Shown piece after piece: positions 9,677-19,206 of a stretch of 64,000 nucleotides of DNA; positions within the stretch are counted from its first letter, which is position 1; the number at the start of each line of letters is the position of its first letter. The stretch lies in contig JAFVTL010000141.1 in NCBI GenBank assembly GCA_017503235.1, positions 5,277 through 69,276 on the forward strand. Direction: 5' to 3'. A program made the translations under genes and the position numbers. The notes below the pieces were generated by a model. The model made no database searches. It was not told the DNA's origin and worked only from the letters and a program-made list of their open reading frames with translations. The DNA is from Bacteroidaceae bacterium (GTDB taxonomy: Bacteria > Bacteroidota > Bacteroidia > Bacteroidales > Bacteroidaceae).

Positions 9677-10519
9677 TTATCTTTTAATTGATACTCTTTT
9701 ATTCCCCAACACTTTCTTTTCCTCACTCACCAAACGACGTTCCACTTTCTTCACATCCTCTGCAGGAGGTAGATTTTCTGGTACAATGCCACGTTGAATC
9801 AACATTTGACGAATAGCAGCATTATTATCTATATGCTCTTTACTGATAGCGGTTTCACCTTGCAAGTCTTTTGTCTGAACATTAACACTCGTCATTTCAG
9901 CAGCAAAATCCTTGGCCTTAATGCTGATGGTAGGCAAGAAATCCGCCAAAGGACGGGAAGATGGTACTCCCATCTTCTTTTTTAGTGTAGCTGTATTCAA
10001 ACGGAAAAGAGCTTGGTCACCTTTCGAACGAATTATAGCAAATCCTCTGTCATCCACTCCACGTTCATAAAGTACACCCGAGAGCTTTTTCTCCGTTTCT
10101 TGCAACTTAGTACGGGCTTTCACACGTTCCACTTCCAACAATCGTTGCTCTATCAATTCCGCACGACGGGTTTGTACGGCAAAGTAGGTCTGTGCAAAGG
10201 CTATCTGAGGCTTGCGAGGGTCCCCATTTTGAGCGACCAGATAACAAGCATAGCGGGTAAGCATCATGTCATCAATTTCTCGTTCAGCACCAGAACCTAA
10301 CACAACCATTTTCCTGACGTCAGGAAAATGGTCGGCTACTTCTTGACCTACATTTGCACAAGATTCTTTTGCCTTATCTATAACTTTAGAAAAATTTTCC
10401 CATTTACTATAACCAAGCAACTTCTGCAAGTCTCTCGCACTCCAACATTCCACTTGGTTCACTTCGCAAGCAGCCTGTTCGTATTCTTCAAACAACGATT
10501 GTATTTCTTCCGTTTTCAT
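9677..10519 (-). CDS. dinD: DNA damage-inducible protein D (Bro-N domain)
   Basis: [64 protein letters not shown]. Confidence 0.92.
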   Translation of the reverse strand: MKTEEIQSLFEEYEQAACEVNQVECWSARDLQKLLGYSKWENFSKVIDKAKESCANVGQEVADHFPDVRKMVVLGSGAEREIDDMMLTRYACYLVAQNGDPRKPQIAFAQTYFAVQTRRAELIEQRLLEVERVKARTKLQETEKKLSGVLYERGVDDRGFAIIRSKGDQALFRLNTATLKKKMGVPSSRPLADFLPTISIKAKDFAAEMTSVNVQTKDLQGETAISKEHIDNNAAIRQMLIQRGIVPENLPPAEDVKKVERRLVSEEKKVLGNKRVSIKR

Positions 10520-10650
10520 TTTATACTGTCAATAAAGTCAACACACAACAATCCAACTCTTCACCATTGAATATGCGAATATATATCATTTCCAAGAATT
10601 TTCCAAATTAATTCTATCAATCCGTCAAACTATCACATTATCAAAGGATT

Positions 10651-10686
10651 ACGGCTGACAGATAAAGCAAAGAATCTGTCAGCCGT
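10651..10686. terminator. 13-bp inverted repeat downstream of vapE-like gene
   Basis: ACGGCTGACAGAT-N10-ATCTGTCAGCCGT, 3 bp after the stop codon. Confidence 0.55.
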
Positions 10687-10689
10687 CTG

Positions 10690-11904
10690 TCAGGCAACCA
10701 TCACCACCTTGTACATGCTGCCCTTCACCGTATGGATGCGCTCGGCACCCAAGGAGACAAGCATACGACCGAAACGGTTGAGGTTCATGCCACGCATTTC
10801 TTTCGGATAAGTATTGGCAAGATGCGTAAAGAGATCACCGGAGGAACATAGTTCATAGGATTCATCTTCTTTCGGCAAACGATAACAACGATAGAATACA
10901 TCATGAGTTGGCGGATAGGTGTAATAAGGACGATTATGATTCATCAGCACCTCTTCCTCATCGGACGTGAACCAATAACGATGACCAGCGTCCAATTCCG
11001 ATTTCAATTGCGCAAAGACCTGCTTATGCTCCAATGGCGAACAATCAATCTTCGTATCCAGTTTAATACATAAATAACGTCGGCTTCCCGTAGGGTCATT
11101 CAACAATTCACAACGATTGGAAGTACCGATAAATGATGCTATACGAGGAAGATGACTATATTGTGCCTTATGTGCTTTGCGAAAATGAAGGGAGGTCATT
11201 TGCATCAAATTCTTCAACAAAGGGAGCTTCTTTGATGAAAGTTTGTCGTATTCGTCGAGGTTTATCAAACCGAAAAGCGAAAGTTTCTGCTCGCATCCTG
11301 AGACACTGTTAAGGTCGAAACTGTCGGTATAATAATCTGCCAGCGATTCAGGTATTAAAAGCTTACAAAATGTAGATTTACCCATCCCTTGACGAGTGCT
11401 GACAAGTAACGGTGCTACAGCATTGGCGCAACGCCCCATCCTACCCGACCATTGTGCAGCCATACCGAGCAGCCATTTATGAAAACCATTCACCCAATGT
11501 TCGGCCGACGAGACTCGTAGAGCCAATGGAGTGACACGATCAACACCATCCCATTCGGGTAGATTTTTCATATAGTCAATAAAGGGATGATAATCGTCCA
11601 ACCTCTCCGATTGAAGCAGGCGCGTTATATCCTTGTCCCAACAATGGATGCCATGGTCATGAGCATCCAAACAAAGCGTATTTGCAACCCGCTGATTTAC
11701 TGGACGGTATACGTTTTCACCCTTCAGACAGATTTCTGCCTGCTCCGTTAACACGTTGTACCGAAACAGATATTTATCTTTTAAATATTCCTCCAATTGT
11801 GCAGATAAGGATTCATCCAGTTTTTGGGTGTTTTCAACTGGAGTATTTAAATCCGTTTCAATCTTTTCATTGATACCCAACCAACGTTTCAATAATTGTC
11901 TCAT
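10690..11904 (-). CDS. VapE / virulence-associated E family P-loop NTPase (DUF3874-type C-terminus)
   Basis: FRYNVLTEQ, YHPFIDY..LPEWDGVDRV, Walker A QGMGKSTF, Walker B LINLDEYD, SFIGTSN, DPTGSRRY. Start uncertain (11904 or 11916). Confidence 0.85.
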   Translation of the reverse strand: MRQLLKRWLGINEKIETDLNTPVENTQKLDESLSAQLEEYLKDKYLFRYNVLTEQAEICLKGENVYRPVNQRVANTLCLDAHDHGIHCWDKDITRLLQSERLDDYHPFIDYMKNLPEWDGVDRVTPLALRVSSAEHWVNGFHKWLLGMAAQWSGRMGRCANAVAPLLVSTRQGMGKSTFCKLLIPESLADYYTDSFDLNSVSGCEQKLSLFGLINLDEYDKLSSKKLPLLKNLMQMTSLHFRKAHKAQYSHLPRIASFIGTSNRCELLNDPTGSRRYLCIKLDTKIDCSPLEHKQVFAQLKSELDAGHRYWFTSDEEEVLMNHNRPYYTYPPTHDVFYRCYRLPKEDESYELCSSGDLFTHLANTYPKEMRGMNLNRFGRMLVSLGAERIHTVKGSMYKVVMVA

Positions 11905-12072
11905 TATTTCTAACATAAAGCAATAAATTATAATTCTAATGAGGACAAAAATAATATCACAATCCGCTGATTCCAAATATTTTACAATAAATCAAAACTA
12001 ATTTTAAACACACGAAATATTAGCTTGCACAATAATTAATACTTGTTTTAAACTAACGTAATGGATAGTGTG

Positions 12073-12151
12073 TCACTTGAGTGAATCAGCTGATTCACTC
12101 AAGTGAGTCGGTCGTTTCACTTTAGTGAGTCGATTGACTCACTAAAGTGAA
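12073..12151. repeat. Four TCACTnnAGTGA palindromes at exact 22-bp period forming two large hairpins
   Basis: Units start at 12073, 12095, 12117 and 12139. Perfect 34-bp palindrome at 12073-12106; 16-bp-arm hairpin at 12116-12151. Confidence 0.9.
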
Positions 12152-12411
12152 GCAATAGATAAAACATTATATTAAAACGACTTTTACGATATTATAAATC
12201 AACTTCATCATGGAAACAACATTAGTTGTGGAAAATCATATTTCAAGAATTCTCAAAATTAGTTCAATTACAAAACGTTAATGTCTGATATTCGGATGAC
12301 AGATTTCTGACATTTATTTACGAGGTATAGATTTGAATATCAATGCATTTGAAAATTGACAGATTTGAATTTATATTCAAAAGAGTGATTGTTGACACCA
12401 AAAATGAAACA

Positions 12412-12442
12412 AAAAAAAGAGGATGTATAAAATACACCCTCT
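12412..12442 (-). terminator. Probable intrinsic terminator after DUF4923 gene
   Basis: AGAGGATGTAT..ATACACCCTCT hairpin preceded by an A-run (U-tail on the minus strand). Confidence 0.6.
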
Positions 12443-12467
12443 TATGAGTCTGATAAAAAATAATGTA

Positions 12468-13055
12468 TCATTGCTTCTTCAGTTCGAAGCCCAGCAGCAT
12501 GCCGTCGAACTGCTCTACCAGCTTGCCGATGGCCGAGGCTTGGGAACTGAACTTGGAGGCGACACCCGTGATGGACTTCACTACGGACAACAGCTTGTCG
12601 GCATCGAACACAAAGCTCATGTTACTGCCCACGGTAACGACATTGGCCACCGTCTTCACACCCAGACGTCCGCCTTTGATGGTGATGGTCTTGGCTTGTG
12701 GGTCGAACTCGTAAGTGCCCTGTACAGTCTTGCCCTTGATGGTGTAGGAACAGGTCTTGTCTTCGTTGAAGGTGTAAGTGATGGTGTTGAGACCGGCTTT
12801 CTTGTAGATGCTGGCGAGTTTCTTTTCAATTTCGCTACCGGCAGCAGCACCGCCCACTTGCTTCAACAGGTCGTCGCCCTTGAGCTGGCAATCGGGACCT
12901 ACATAGGTCCAGGTACCGATGATGGTGGTCTCGGTTGTGGCCTTATCGCCTACCACAGCATTGACAACTCCTGAAAGGATGGATTTCAAATCTTGTGCTT
13001 CGGCCTGCAAAGTGAGGGCGAAGGCACAAATGAGGATGGTAAAAATTCGTTTCAT
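12468..13055 (-). CDS. DUF4923 family exported protein
   Basis: Signal peptide, IIGTWTY, TYTFNED, GTYEFD, C-terminal GMLLGFELKK; typically follows nadC in Bacteroides. Confidence 0.75.
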   Translation of the reverse strand: MKRIFTILICAFALTLQAEAQDLKSILSGVVNAVVGDKATTETTIIGTWTYVGPDCQLKGDDLLKQVGGAAAGSEIEKKLASIYKKAGLNTITYTFNEDKTCSYTIKGKTVQGTYEFDPQAKTITIKGGRLGVKTVANVVTVGSNMSFVFDADKLLSVVKSITGVASKFSSQASAIGKLVEQFDGMLLGFELKKQ

Positions 13056-13125
13056 TTATTGAGTGATGAGTTATTGAGTGATGAGTGATGATTATTATCT
13101 CCCTTTGACTACTCTGACTATTCAA

Positions 13126-13149
13126 GGACTAGGCAAACCTTGTCCCTAC
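13126..13149 (-). repeat. GTAG-type REP-like palindrome
   Basis: Minus strand GTAGGGACAAGGTTTGCCTAGTCC; same 24-nt architecture as 61511-61534. Confidence 0.6.
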
Positions 13150-13163
13150 TTTTAATCATTCCA

Positions 13164-14015
13164 TCAACAAGCCTTGAAACTCATGTCGAGCCCCTTCACC
13201 GAGTGAGTGAGCGCACCGAAGGAGATGAAATCCACCCCTGCCTGTGCATAAGGAAGCATGGTTTCGTAAGTGATGCCGCCCGATGATTCGGTTTCGCAAC
13301 GTCCTGCCACGATTTCAACAGCCTTGCGAGTGTCCTCGGGAGTGAAATTGTCGAACATGATGCGGTCAACGCCTTCGTCGAGGGCTTGTTGCAGTTCGTC
13401 AAAGTTGCGCACTTCGAGCTCTATTTTGAGGTTCTTGCCCTTGGCCTTGCAATATTCCTTGGCACGAGTCACAGCGTTGTGGATGCCTCCAGCAAAGTCG
13501 ACGTGGTTATCCTTGAGGAGAATCATGTCGAACAAGCCGATGCGGTGGTTGCATCCGCCACCAATCTTCACGGCCATCTTTTCGAGGATACGCATGCCGG
13601 GAGTGGTCTTGCGGGTATCGAGCACACGGGTGCCGGTGCCTTCCACCTTCTTCACATAGCGGGCAGTCATGGTAGCAATGCCACTCATGCGCTGCATGAT
13701 GTTGAGCATGAGGCGTTCGGTTTGGAGCAAGGACTGAATCTTACCTTCTACCACCATAGCCACATCGCCGGGCTTCACAGGGGTGCCGTCTTCGATAAAC
13801 ACTTCCACCTTCATTTCGGGGTCGAAACGGTTGAACACCATCTTGGCAATTTCGATGCCGGCCAGAATGCCTTCTTCCTTGATGAGGAGTTTTGACTTGC
13901 CCATGGCATCGGATGGGATGCAGGACAGTGTGGTGTGGTCGCCATCGCCTATATCTTCAGCAAACGAAAGGTCGATGAGTCGGTCAATCAGTTCTTTTAC
14001 AATCTTTTCGTCCAT
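13164..14015 (-). CDS. nadC: Nicotinate-nucleotide diphosphorylase (carboxylating)
   Basis: EDIGDGDHTT, RMSGIAT, DTRKTTPG, HRIGLFDMILLKDNH. Confidence 0.97.
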   Translation of the reverse strand: MDEKIVKELIDRLIDLSFAEDIGDGDHTTLSCIPSDAMGKSKLLIKEEGILAGIEIAKMVFNRFDPEMKVEVFIEDGTPVKPGDVAMVVEGKIQSLLQTERLMLNIMQRMSGIATMTARYVKKVEGTGTRVLDTRKTTPGMRILEKMAVKIGGGCNHRIGLFDMILLKDNHVDFAGGIHNAVTRAKEYCKAKGKNLKIELEVRNFDELQQALDEGVDRIMFDNFTPEDTRKAVEIVAGRCETESSGGITYETMLPYAQAGVDFISFGALTHSVKGLDMSFKAC

Positions 14016-14044
14016 AATGTGCGTTTTATTGATGATTCGATTGG

Positions 14045-14071
14045 CAAAGGTATCGATTTTCCTTATTTTTG
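14045..14071. promoter_or_regulatory. Divergent nadC/rlmH promoters
   Basis: TACCTTTG on the minus strand (14045-14052) and TATTTTTG on the plus strand (14064-14071) match the Bacteroidetes -7 box TAnnTTTG. Confidence 0.55.
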
Positions 14072-14094
14072 CAAAGCAAAACGACAAGAAGGTT

Positions 14095-14568
14095 ATGAAA
14101 ATTACATTGCTGGTAGTAGGCAGAACCGTTGAGAAGCATTACATAACGGCCATCGACGACTATGTAGGGCGCACAAAGCACTTCACCCCCTTCGACATGG
14201 AGGTGATTCCGGAACTGAAGAACACGAAGAGCCTGAGCATGGAGCAACAGAAGGAGAAGGAAGGCGAACTGATACTGAAAGCCCTCCAGCCGGGCGATGT
14301 GGTGGTGCTGCTGGATGAGCACGGCAAGGAGTTCCGCTCGGTGGAATTCGCATCGTGGATAGAGCGCAAGATGCACACGGTGAACAAACGGCTGGTGTTT
14401 ATCGTCGGGGGGCCTTATGGATTCTCGCCAAAGGTGTACGAGGCAGCGCACGAGAAAATTTCACTTTCCAAAATGACGTTCTCCCACCAGATGATTCGGC
14501 TCATCTTCGTGGAACAGCTCTACCGGGCATTCACAATTCTGAACAACAATCCTTATCACCACGAGTAA
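14095..14568 (+). CDS. rlmH: 23S rRNA (pseudouridine1915-N3)-methyltransferase
   Basis: MKITLLVVG, LDEHGK, FIVGGPYG, SLSKMTFSHQMIRL, EQLYRA, PYHHE. Confidence 0.97.
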   Translation: MKITLLVVGRTVEKHYITAIDDYVGRTKHFTPFDMEVIPELKNTKSLSMEQQKEKEGELILKALQPGDVVVLLDEHGKEFRSVEFASWIERKMHTVNKRLVFIVGGPYGFSPKVYEAAHEKISLSKMTFSHQMIRLIFVEQLYRAFTILNNNPYHHE

Positions 14569-15608
14569 AACAAGTCCACACAAACAGGGAGGTGGTCGCT
14601 GAAACCACCCAGATAATCCATACCATTGTACGTACGGAAGGGCTTGTCGCCCCCATATTTCTCATCCTCGACAAGGAGGAACGGAAGGCGGAGAATCTGT
14701 GCATGGGCATCGGAGGTGCGGATACCGGCATCGGGCAAGAGCATGCCTTCGGACACCAGCAGATGGTCGAGAATCCCCCAATCGCCCCGATAGCGGTAAG
14801 TGCCACCTTGCTTGTCGTTCATCAGGTTGTGAAGGCCGACCTTGCGCAGGGAGGTGACTGAAGGGTCGGAAGGATAGTCGTTGAAATCGCCCATCACCAG
14901 CACATGAAGATGGCTACGGACAGCGGCAAGGCGCGTCACAGCATTGGCCAACAGTTGGGAGGTGGTGCGACGATAGGAATCAGACTTCTTCGTGCCTCCG
15001 GCTCTGGAGGGTTTGTGAAGGACAAACACATCGAGGGTATCGCCAGAAGCGATTCGTCCACTGACACGAAGGATGTCGCGGGTAGGACCTTTGCCCAGTC
15101 GCCGATGGGGCACACGAATGATTTCCTTCTCCAACAGGCGGAAGACATCCGGGCGATAGAGCAAGGCCACATCAATGCCACGCTGGTCGGGCGAAGCGGT
15201 CATGATATAGTCATAGCCGGCTTCACGAAGCAGGGAATGGCGGACAAGGGCTGTCAGACAGGTGTCATTCTCCACCTCGCAAAGACCTACCAAGGCGGGC
15301 ACTCCATCGTCGGTTCCTGCATGGACAATGACACGGGCAATGTTGTCGAGCTTCTCCAAATAACGCCGGTAGGTCCATCGACGGGCAGCCTTGGGAAGGT
15401 ATTCGTTGTCGTTCTTGCGCTTGTCGTCAAAAGTGTCGAACAGATTCTCCACATTATAGAACATCGCGCGAAAGGACTCTTGCGCCTGGAGGGAAACCGG
15501 AAGAAAGACAAAATGGAATGTCATCCAGAGCGCAGCGAAAAATCTCGGACACATCCATTTCGTGCAACCGAGATTCTTCGTCACCACGTACCTCTGAATG
15601 ACATTCAT
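14556..15608 (-). CDS. Endonuclease/exonuclease/phosphatase family protein
   Basis: FYNVENLFD, GLCEVEN, RGIDVALLY, MGDFND, GGFSDHLPV. Start uncertain. Confidence 0.9.
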   Translation of the reverse strand: MNVIQRYVVTKNLGCTKWMCPRFFAALWMTFHFVFLPVSLQAQESFRAMFYNVENLFDTFDDKRKNDNEYLPKAARRWTYRRYLEKLDNIARVIVHAGTDDGVPALVGLCEVENDTCLTALVRHSLLREAGYDYIMTASPDQRGIDVALLYRPDVFRLLEKEIIRVPHRRLGKGPTRDILRVSGRIASGDTLDVFVLHKPSRAGGTKKSDSYRRTTSQLLANAVTRLAAVRSHLHVLVMGDFNDYPSDPSVTSLRKVGLHNLMNDKQGGTYRYRGDWGILDHLLVSEGMLLPDAGIRTSDAHAQILRLPFLLVEDEKYGGDKPFRTYNGMDYLGGFSDHLPVCVDLFYSW

Positions 15609-15620
15609 AACAAGTATGGT

Positions 15621-17075
15621 TTACTTCTGTGGGACATGAGCCAGCACGTCCAACAGGTGTTGCCAGAACTTTTCTACCGACGGGATGTGCATGCGTTCGT
15701 CGGGAGAATGGACACCACGCAAGGTAGGACCTGTAGAGAACATGTCGAGCGAAGGATATTTTTCGAGGAACAAGCCACATTCAAGGCCTGCATGAATGGC
15801 CTTTACCTTGGGTTCAACACCAAACAGGCGCTTGTAGCTCTCTACCGCCACACGAAGGATGTCGGACGAAGGATTGGGCTTCCAACCAGGATAGCCATCG
15901 CCGGTTGTCACTTTTGCACCTCCCAATTCGAAGGCCGAACGAATCATCTCACTCATGTCCTGACGCGAGGAAAGGATTGAGCTTCGTTGGCTGGTCACGA
16001 TGCGGATGCATCCTTCTTCCATCTTGATGGAAGCAAGGTTAGAGGAGGTTTCAACCAGTCCTTCCATGTCCTGACTCATGGCATATACACCATTGTGAAC
16101 CGCATAGACAGACTTCAGGAGGTTCTTCACCACCTGTCGGTCAATCGCCTTTGCCACAGGGCTTTCAGAGGAAAGTTCGGTGCGGAGGTTTGGCTCCGTC
16201 ACACTGTATTCATTTTCAATTTCAGCGGTATAGATGTTCATGTCGATGCGCACGGGTTCCTTATATTTCATAGGTACGGCACAGAGCGCTTCGGCTTCGC
16301 GAGGGATGGCATTGTGGAGATTGCCTCCGTCGATGTGGCACAAGTAGAAGTCATACTTGGCTTGCAACTGGGTGAGGAAACGCACGAGCAGCTTGTTGGC
16401 ATTGGCGCGGTTCTTGTTGATGTCATCACCCGAATGTCCGCCCGAGAGCCCCTTGATGGCCACACGAAAGAAGAAATAGTCTTGTGGGGCATCGATGGTT
16501 TGATAAGCGAATTCGGCGGTAGTGTTGGCACCTCCGGCACATCCGATGAACAGCTCACCTTCATCTTCCGAGTCGAGGTTGATGAGGATATCGCCTTCCA
16601 TAAAGCCTTCCTTCAAGGCGAATGCACCTGTCAAACCGGTTTCTTCATCGACAGTAAACAGACATTCGATAGGACCATGCTGGATGTCGTCAGCAGCCAA
16701 TACGGCCAACTGAGTGGCTATACCGATGCCATTGTCGGCTCCAAGAGTTGTTCCCTTTGCCTTCAACCATTCACCATCCACATAGGTTTGGATGGGGTCG
16801 TTCAGAAAGTCGTGCTCCACATCGCCGTTCTTCTCGCACACCATGTCGATGTGTGACTGGAGAATGACAGTCTTCAAACTTTCCATGCCGGGAGTGGCAG
16901 GTTTCTTTATCAGGACATTGCCAGCCTCGTCAGTCTTCACTTCGAGCGAGTGCTTTTCAGCGAAAGCCAACAGGTAGGCTCTGATTTTCTCTTCGTGCTT
17001 CGACGGACGGGGCACTTGGCACACTTCGTCGAAATAATGAAACACCGATGTCGGTTTCAATTGAATGTTTTCCAT
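15621..17075 (-). CDS. pepD: Aminoacyl-histidine dipeptidase (M20)
   Basis: QSHIDMV, TTLGADNGIG, DEETG, NLDSEDEG, IHAGLECG, HSPDE. Confidence 0.95.
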   Translation of the reverse strand: MENIQLKPTSVFHYFDEVCQVPRPSKHEEKIRAYLLAFAEKHSLEVKTDEAGNVLIKKPATPGMESLKTVILQSHIDMVCEKNGDVEHDFLNDPIQTYVDGEWLKAKGTTLGADNGIGIATQLAVLAADDIQHGPIECLFTVDEETGLTGAFALKEGFMEGDILINLDSEDEGELFIGCAGGANTTAEFAYQTIDAPQDYFFFRVAIKGLSGGHSGDDINKNRANANKLLVRFLTQLQAKYDFYLCHIDGGNLHNAIPREAEALCAVPMKYKEPVRIDMNIYTAEIENEYSVTEPNLRTELSSESPVAKAIDRQVVKNLLKSVYAVHNGVYAMSQDMEGLVETSSNLASIKMEEGCIRIVTSQRSSILSSRQDMSEMIRSAFELGGAKVTTGDGYPGWKPNPSSDILRVAVESYKRLFGVEPKVKAIHAGLECGLFLEKYPSLDMFSTGPTLRGVHSPDERMHIPSVEKFWQHLLDVLAHVPQK

Positions 17076-17145
17076 AATCCTCTATTTTTTTAAGTTACTT
17101 GTTCTTTTTATCCAATAAAAGCTATATATTTGCATCGCAAATTTA

Positions 17146-17379
17146 ATGGAAATGCTTGAAACTATCTACTTAACCGCAATAATTGTTGGCATTTGCGTCT
17201 TTTTATTGGGAATTGGAATCATTTTTAAGAAGAAATTCCCCAACACACATGTCAGTGGAAACAAAGCCTTGCGGAAGAAAGGCATCGGGTGCGTACAGTC
17301 ACAGGACAGGGAAGCCAGAAAGGAAAACCCGCATCGAATAGCCGAGAGAGTGAAGCATGAGAAGAACGAAAACAATTAA
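17146..17379 (+). CDS. Small membrane protein
   Basis: N-terminal hydrophobic helix then FPNTHVSGNKALRKKGIGC. Preceded by TATATTTG and followed by ompH. Confidence 0.7.
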   Translation: MEMLETIYLTAIIVGICVFLLGIGIIFKKKFPNTHVSGNKALRKKGIGCVQSQDREARKENPHRIAERVKHEKNENN

Positions 17380-17392
17380 AAAACAAATCAAT

Positions 17393-17992
17393 ATGAAAAG
17401 AACTTCATCTATCCTGAAAGGATTATTTGCACTGGCAGTAGCATTCACATTTACCCAGTGCGCCAACAACTCAGCACAACAACCTGTACAGGCATCACAA
17501 GCTGCCGGTTCAGCAGACGTCAAGATCGCTTTCGTTGAAATCGATTCTTTGTTGACAAAATACAACTTCTGCAAGGACCTGAACGAAATGATTATCAAGA
17601 AGGAAGAAAACATCCGCACTACCTTGAACGAAAAGGCCAAGAAGCTGGAAAAGGACATGGCTGAATTCCAACGCAAGTATGAAAACAACGGATTCGCAAG
17701 CCCTGAACGTGCCCAACAGGAATATAACCGCATCCAGAAGCAACAACAAGACTTGCAGGAACTGCAACAGAAGTTGACTGCTGAATTGGCTAACGAACAA
17801 CAGAAGAACAACCTTGAGTTGCGCGATTCTATCAACTCATTCATCAACGTGTACAACAAGGACAAGGGTTATGACCTCATCATCAGCAACGCCGCTATGG
17901 ACAACCTGATTTATGGTAACCCTGCATTCAACATCACCAACGAAATCATCGAAGGTTTGAATGCACGCTACTCACCCACTTCCAGCAAGTAA
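17393..17992 (+). CDS. OmpH/Skp family outer membrane chaperone
   Basis: KIAFVEIDSLL, Q-rich coiled coil, YDLII, NITNEIIEGLN. Confidence 0.88.
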   Translation: MKRTSSILKGLFALAVAFTFTQCANNSAQQPVQASQAAGSADVKIAFVEIDSLLTKYNFCKDLNEMIIKKEENIRTTLNEKAKKLEKDMAEFQRKYENNGFASPERAQQEYNRIQKQQQDLQELQQKLTAELANEQQKNNLELRDSINSFINVYNKDKGYDLIISNAAMDNLIYGNPAFNITNEIIEGLNARYSPTSSK

Positions 17993-18013
17993 TCAAAGGG
18001 AAACAAACCATAC

Positions 18014-18049
18014 AAGTCCGGAGACAATTCCCGTTTCCGGACTTTTTTT
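18014..18049 (+). terminator. Intrinsic terminator
   Basis: AAGTCCGGAGAC..GTTTCCGGACTT followed by a T-run. Confidence 0.75.
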
Positions 18050-18105
18050 ATCCAAACAAAAACCTTCCGGCAAACGTTGTCGGTACAATCCCACACCAAG
18101 GAACA

Positions 18106-18555
18106 ATGAGAATCATAAGCACACTGATCATGCTCGTTGCCTTTCTGATGCCCATGAGTGCACAGGAAAGCGACACCAACAAGGGAAACATCATCGAAAT
18201 GGACGAACTGATGTTTCTGACAAGAGTATTCAACTATACGGATGAAAATGCCACCGAATGGAAATACATCGGCGACAAACCTTGCATCATCGAATTCTAT
18301 GCCACCTGGTGTGCACCTTGCCGAATGATTTCACCCATCCTGAAGGAGATTGCCGAACAATACAAGGACAGCATCTACGTTTTCAAAGTGGATGTGGACA
18401 AGCAAAAGAAACTGGCAGGTGCTTTGGGTATCCAATCCATGCCCACCATCTTCTTCATCCCCAAAGATGACAAGCCTCAGGTTATAGTCGGGGCTGCTGA
18501 CAAGGCTACCTTCCATCGAGCGGTGAAGCAAGTGCTGCTGAAAGAAGGAAAATAA
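18106..18555 (+). CDS. Exported thioredoxin
   Basis: Signal peptide, FYATWCAPC, GIQSMPT. Confidence 0.9.
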   Translation: MRIISTLIMLVAFLMPMSAQESDTNKGNIIEMDELMFLTRVFNYTDENATEWKYIGDKPCIIEFYATWCAPCRMISPILKEIAEQYKDSIYVFKVDVDKQKKLAGALGIQSMPTIFFIPKDDKPQVIVGAADKATFHRAVKQVLLKEGK

Positions 18556-18562
18556 TGAAAAT

Positions 18563-18594
18563 AGAAGAAGGAGAGGTAACCCCTCTCCTTCTTC
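18563..18594. terminator. Hairpin between convergent genes
   Basis: GAAGAAGGAGAGG-TAACC-CCTCTCCTTCTTC. Confidence 0.7.
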
Positions 18595-18617
18595 ATTATC
18601 TGATGTCCCAACCTGGA

Positions 18618-19172
18618 TTACTTCTTGAAGTAACGGTTGAACAAACCTTCGAATCCCTTACCGTGACGGGCTTCGTCCTTACACATTTCATGAACAGTGT
18701 CGTGGATAGCATCGAGGTTCAACTGCTTGGCACGTGTAGCGATGCGCTTCTTGTCTTCGCAAGCACCACATTCAGCATTCATACGCTTTTCAACGTTGGT
18801 CTTGGTATCCCATACCACATCACCCAACAGTTCTGCAAACTTAGCTGCATGTTCAGCTTCTTCCCATGCATAGCGCTTGAAAGCTTCAGCAATTTCAGGA
18901 TAACCTTCGCGATCGGCCTGACGGCTCATTGCCAAGTACATACCCACTTCTGTACATTCACCCATAAAGTGATTGTTCAGGTCCTTTATCATTTCATCGT
19001 CACATCCCTTGGCAACACCAATCACGTGTTCATCGGCAAATTGCAAACCACCTTCTGTTTCTTCCATTTCCTTGAACTTGCTTGCAGGAACTTTACACAA
19101 TGGACACTTTTCAGGAGCTGCGTCACCTTCGTGAATATAACCACATACTGTACAAATAAATTTCTTTGCCAT
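18618..19172 (-). CDS. Reverse rubrerythrin / NADH peroxidase
   Basis: N-terminal rubredoxin CTVCGY..CPLC, then EEAEHA and DEARHG diiron motifs. Confidence 0.93.
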   Translation of the reverse strand: MAKKFICTVCGYIHEGDAAPEKCPLCKVPASKFKEMEETEGGLQFADEHVIGVAKGCDDEMIKDLNNHFMGECTEVGMYLAMSRQADREGYPEIAEAFKRYAWEEAEHAAKFAELLGDVVWDTKTNVEKRMNAECGACEDKKRIATRAKQLNLDAIHDTVHEMCKDEARHGKGFEGLFNRYFKK

Positions 19173-19206
19173 AATCTTAGTGTTTAATAGTTAGTTATTA
19201 AGTTAA

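Noticed and set aside
12073-12151. CRISPR array
   Set aside because: Repeats are 12 bp with 10-bp spacers and no cas genes are present.
1-12400. Prophage or ICE
   Set aside because: No structural, conjugation or integrase genes in the window; the left boundary is not visible.
14904-16856. Long plus-strand ORFs (358 and 289 aa)
   Set aside because: Antisense shadows of the EEP gene and pepD with no recognisable motifs.
18555-19187. 210-aa ORF abutting the thioredoxin gene
   Set aside because: Antisense to rubrerythrin and runs through a terminator hairpin.
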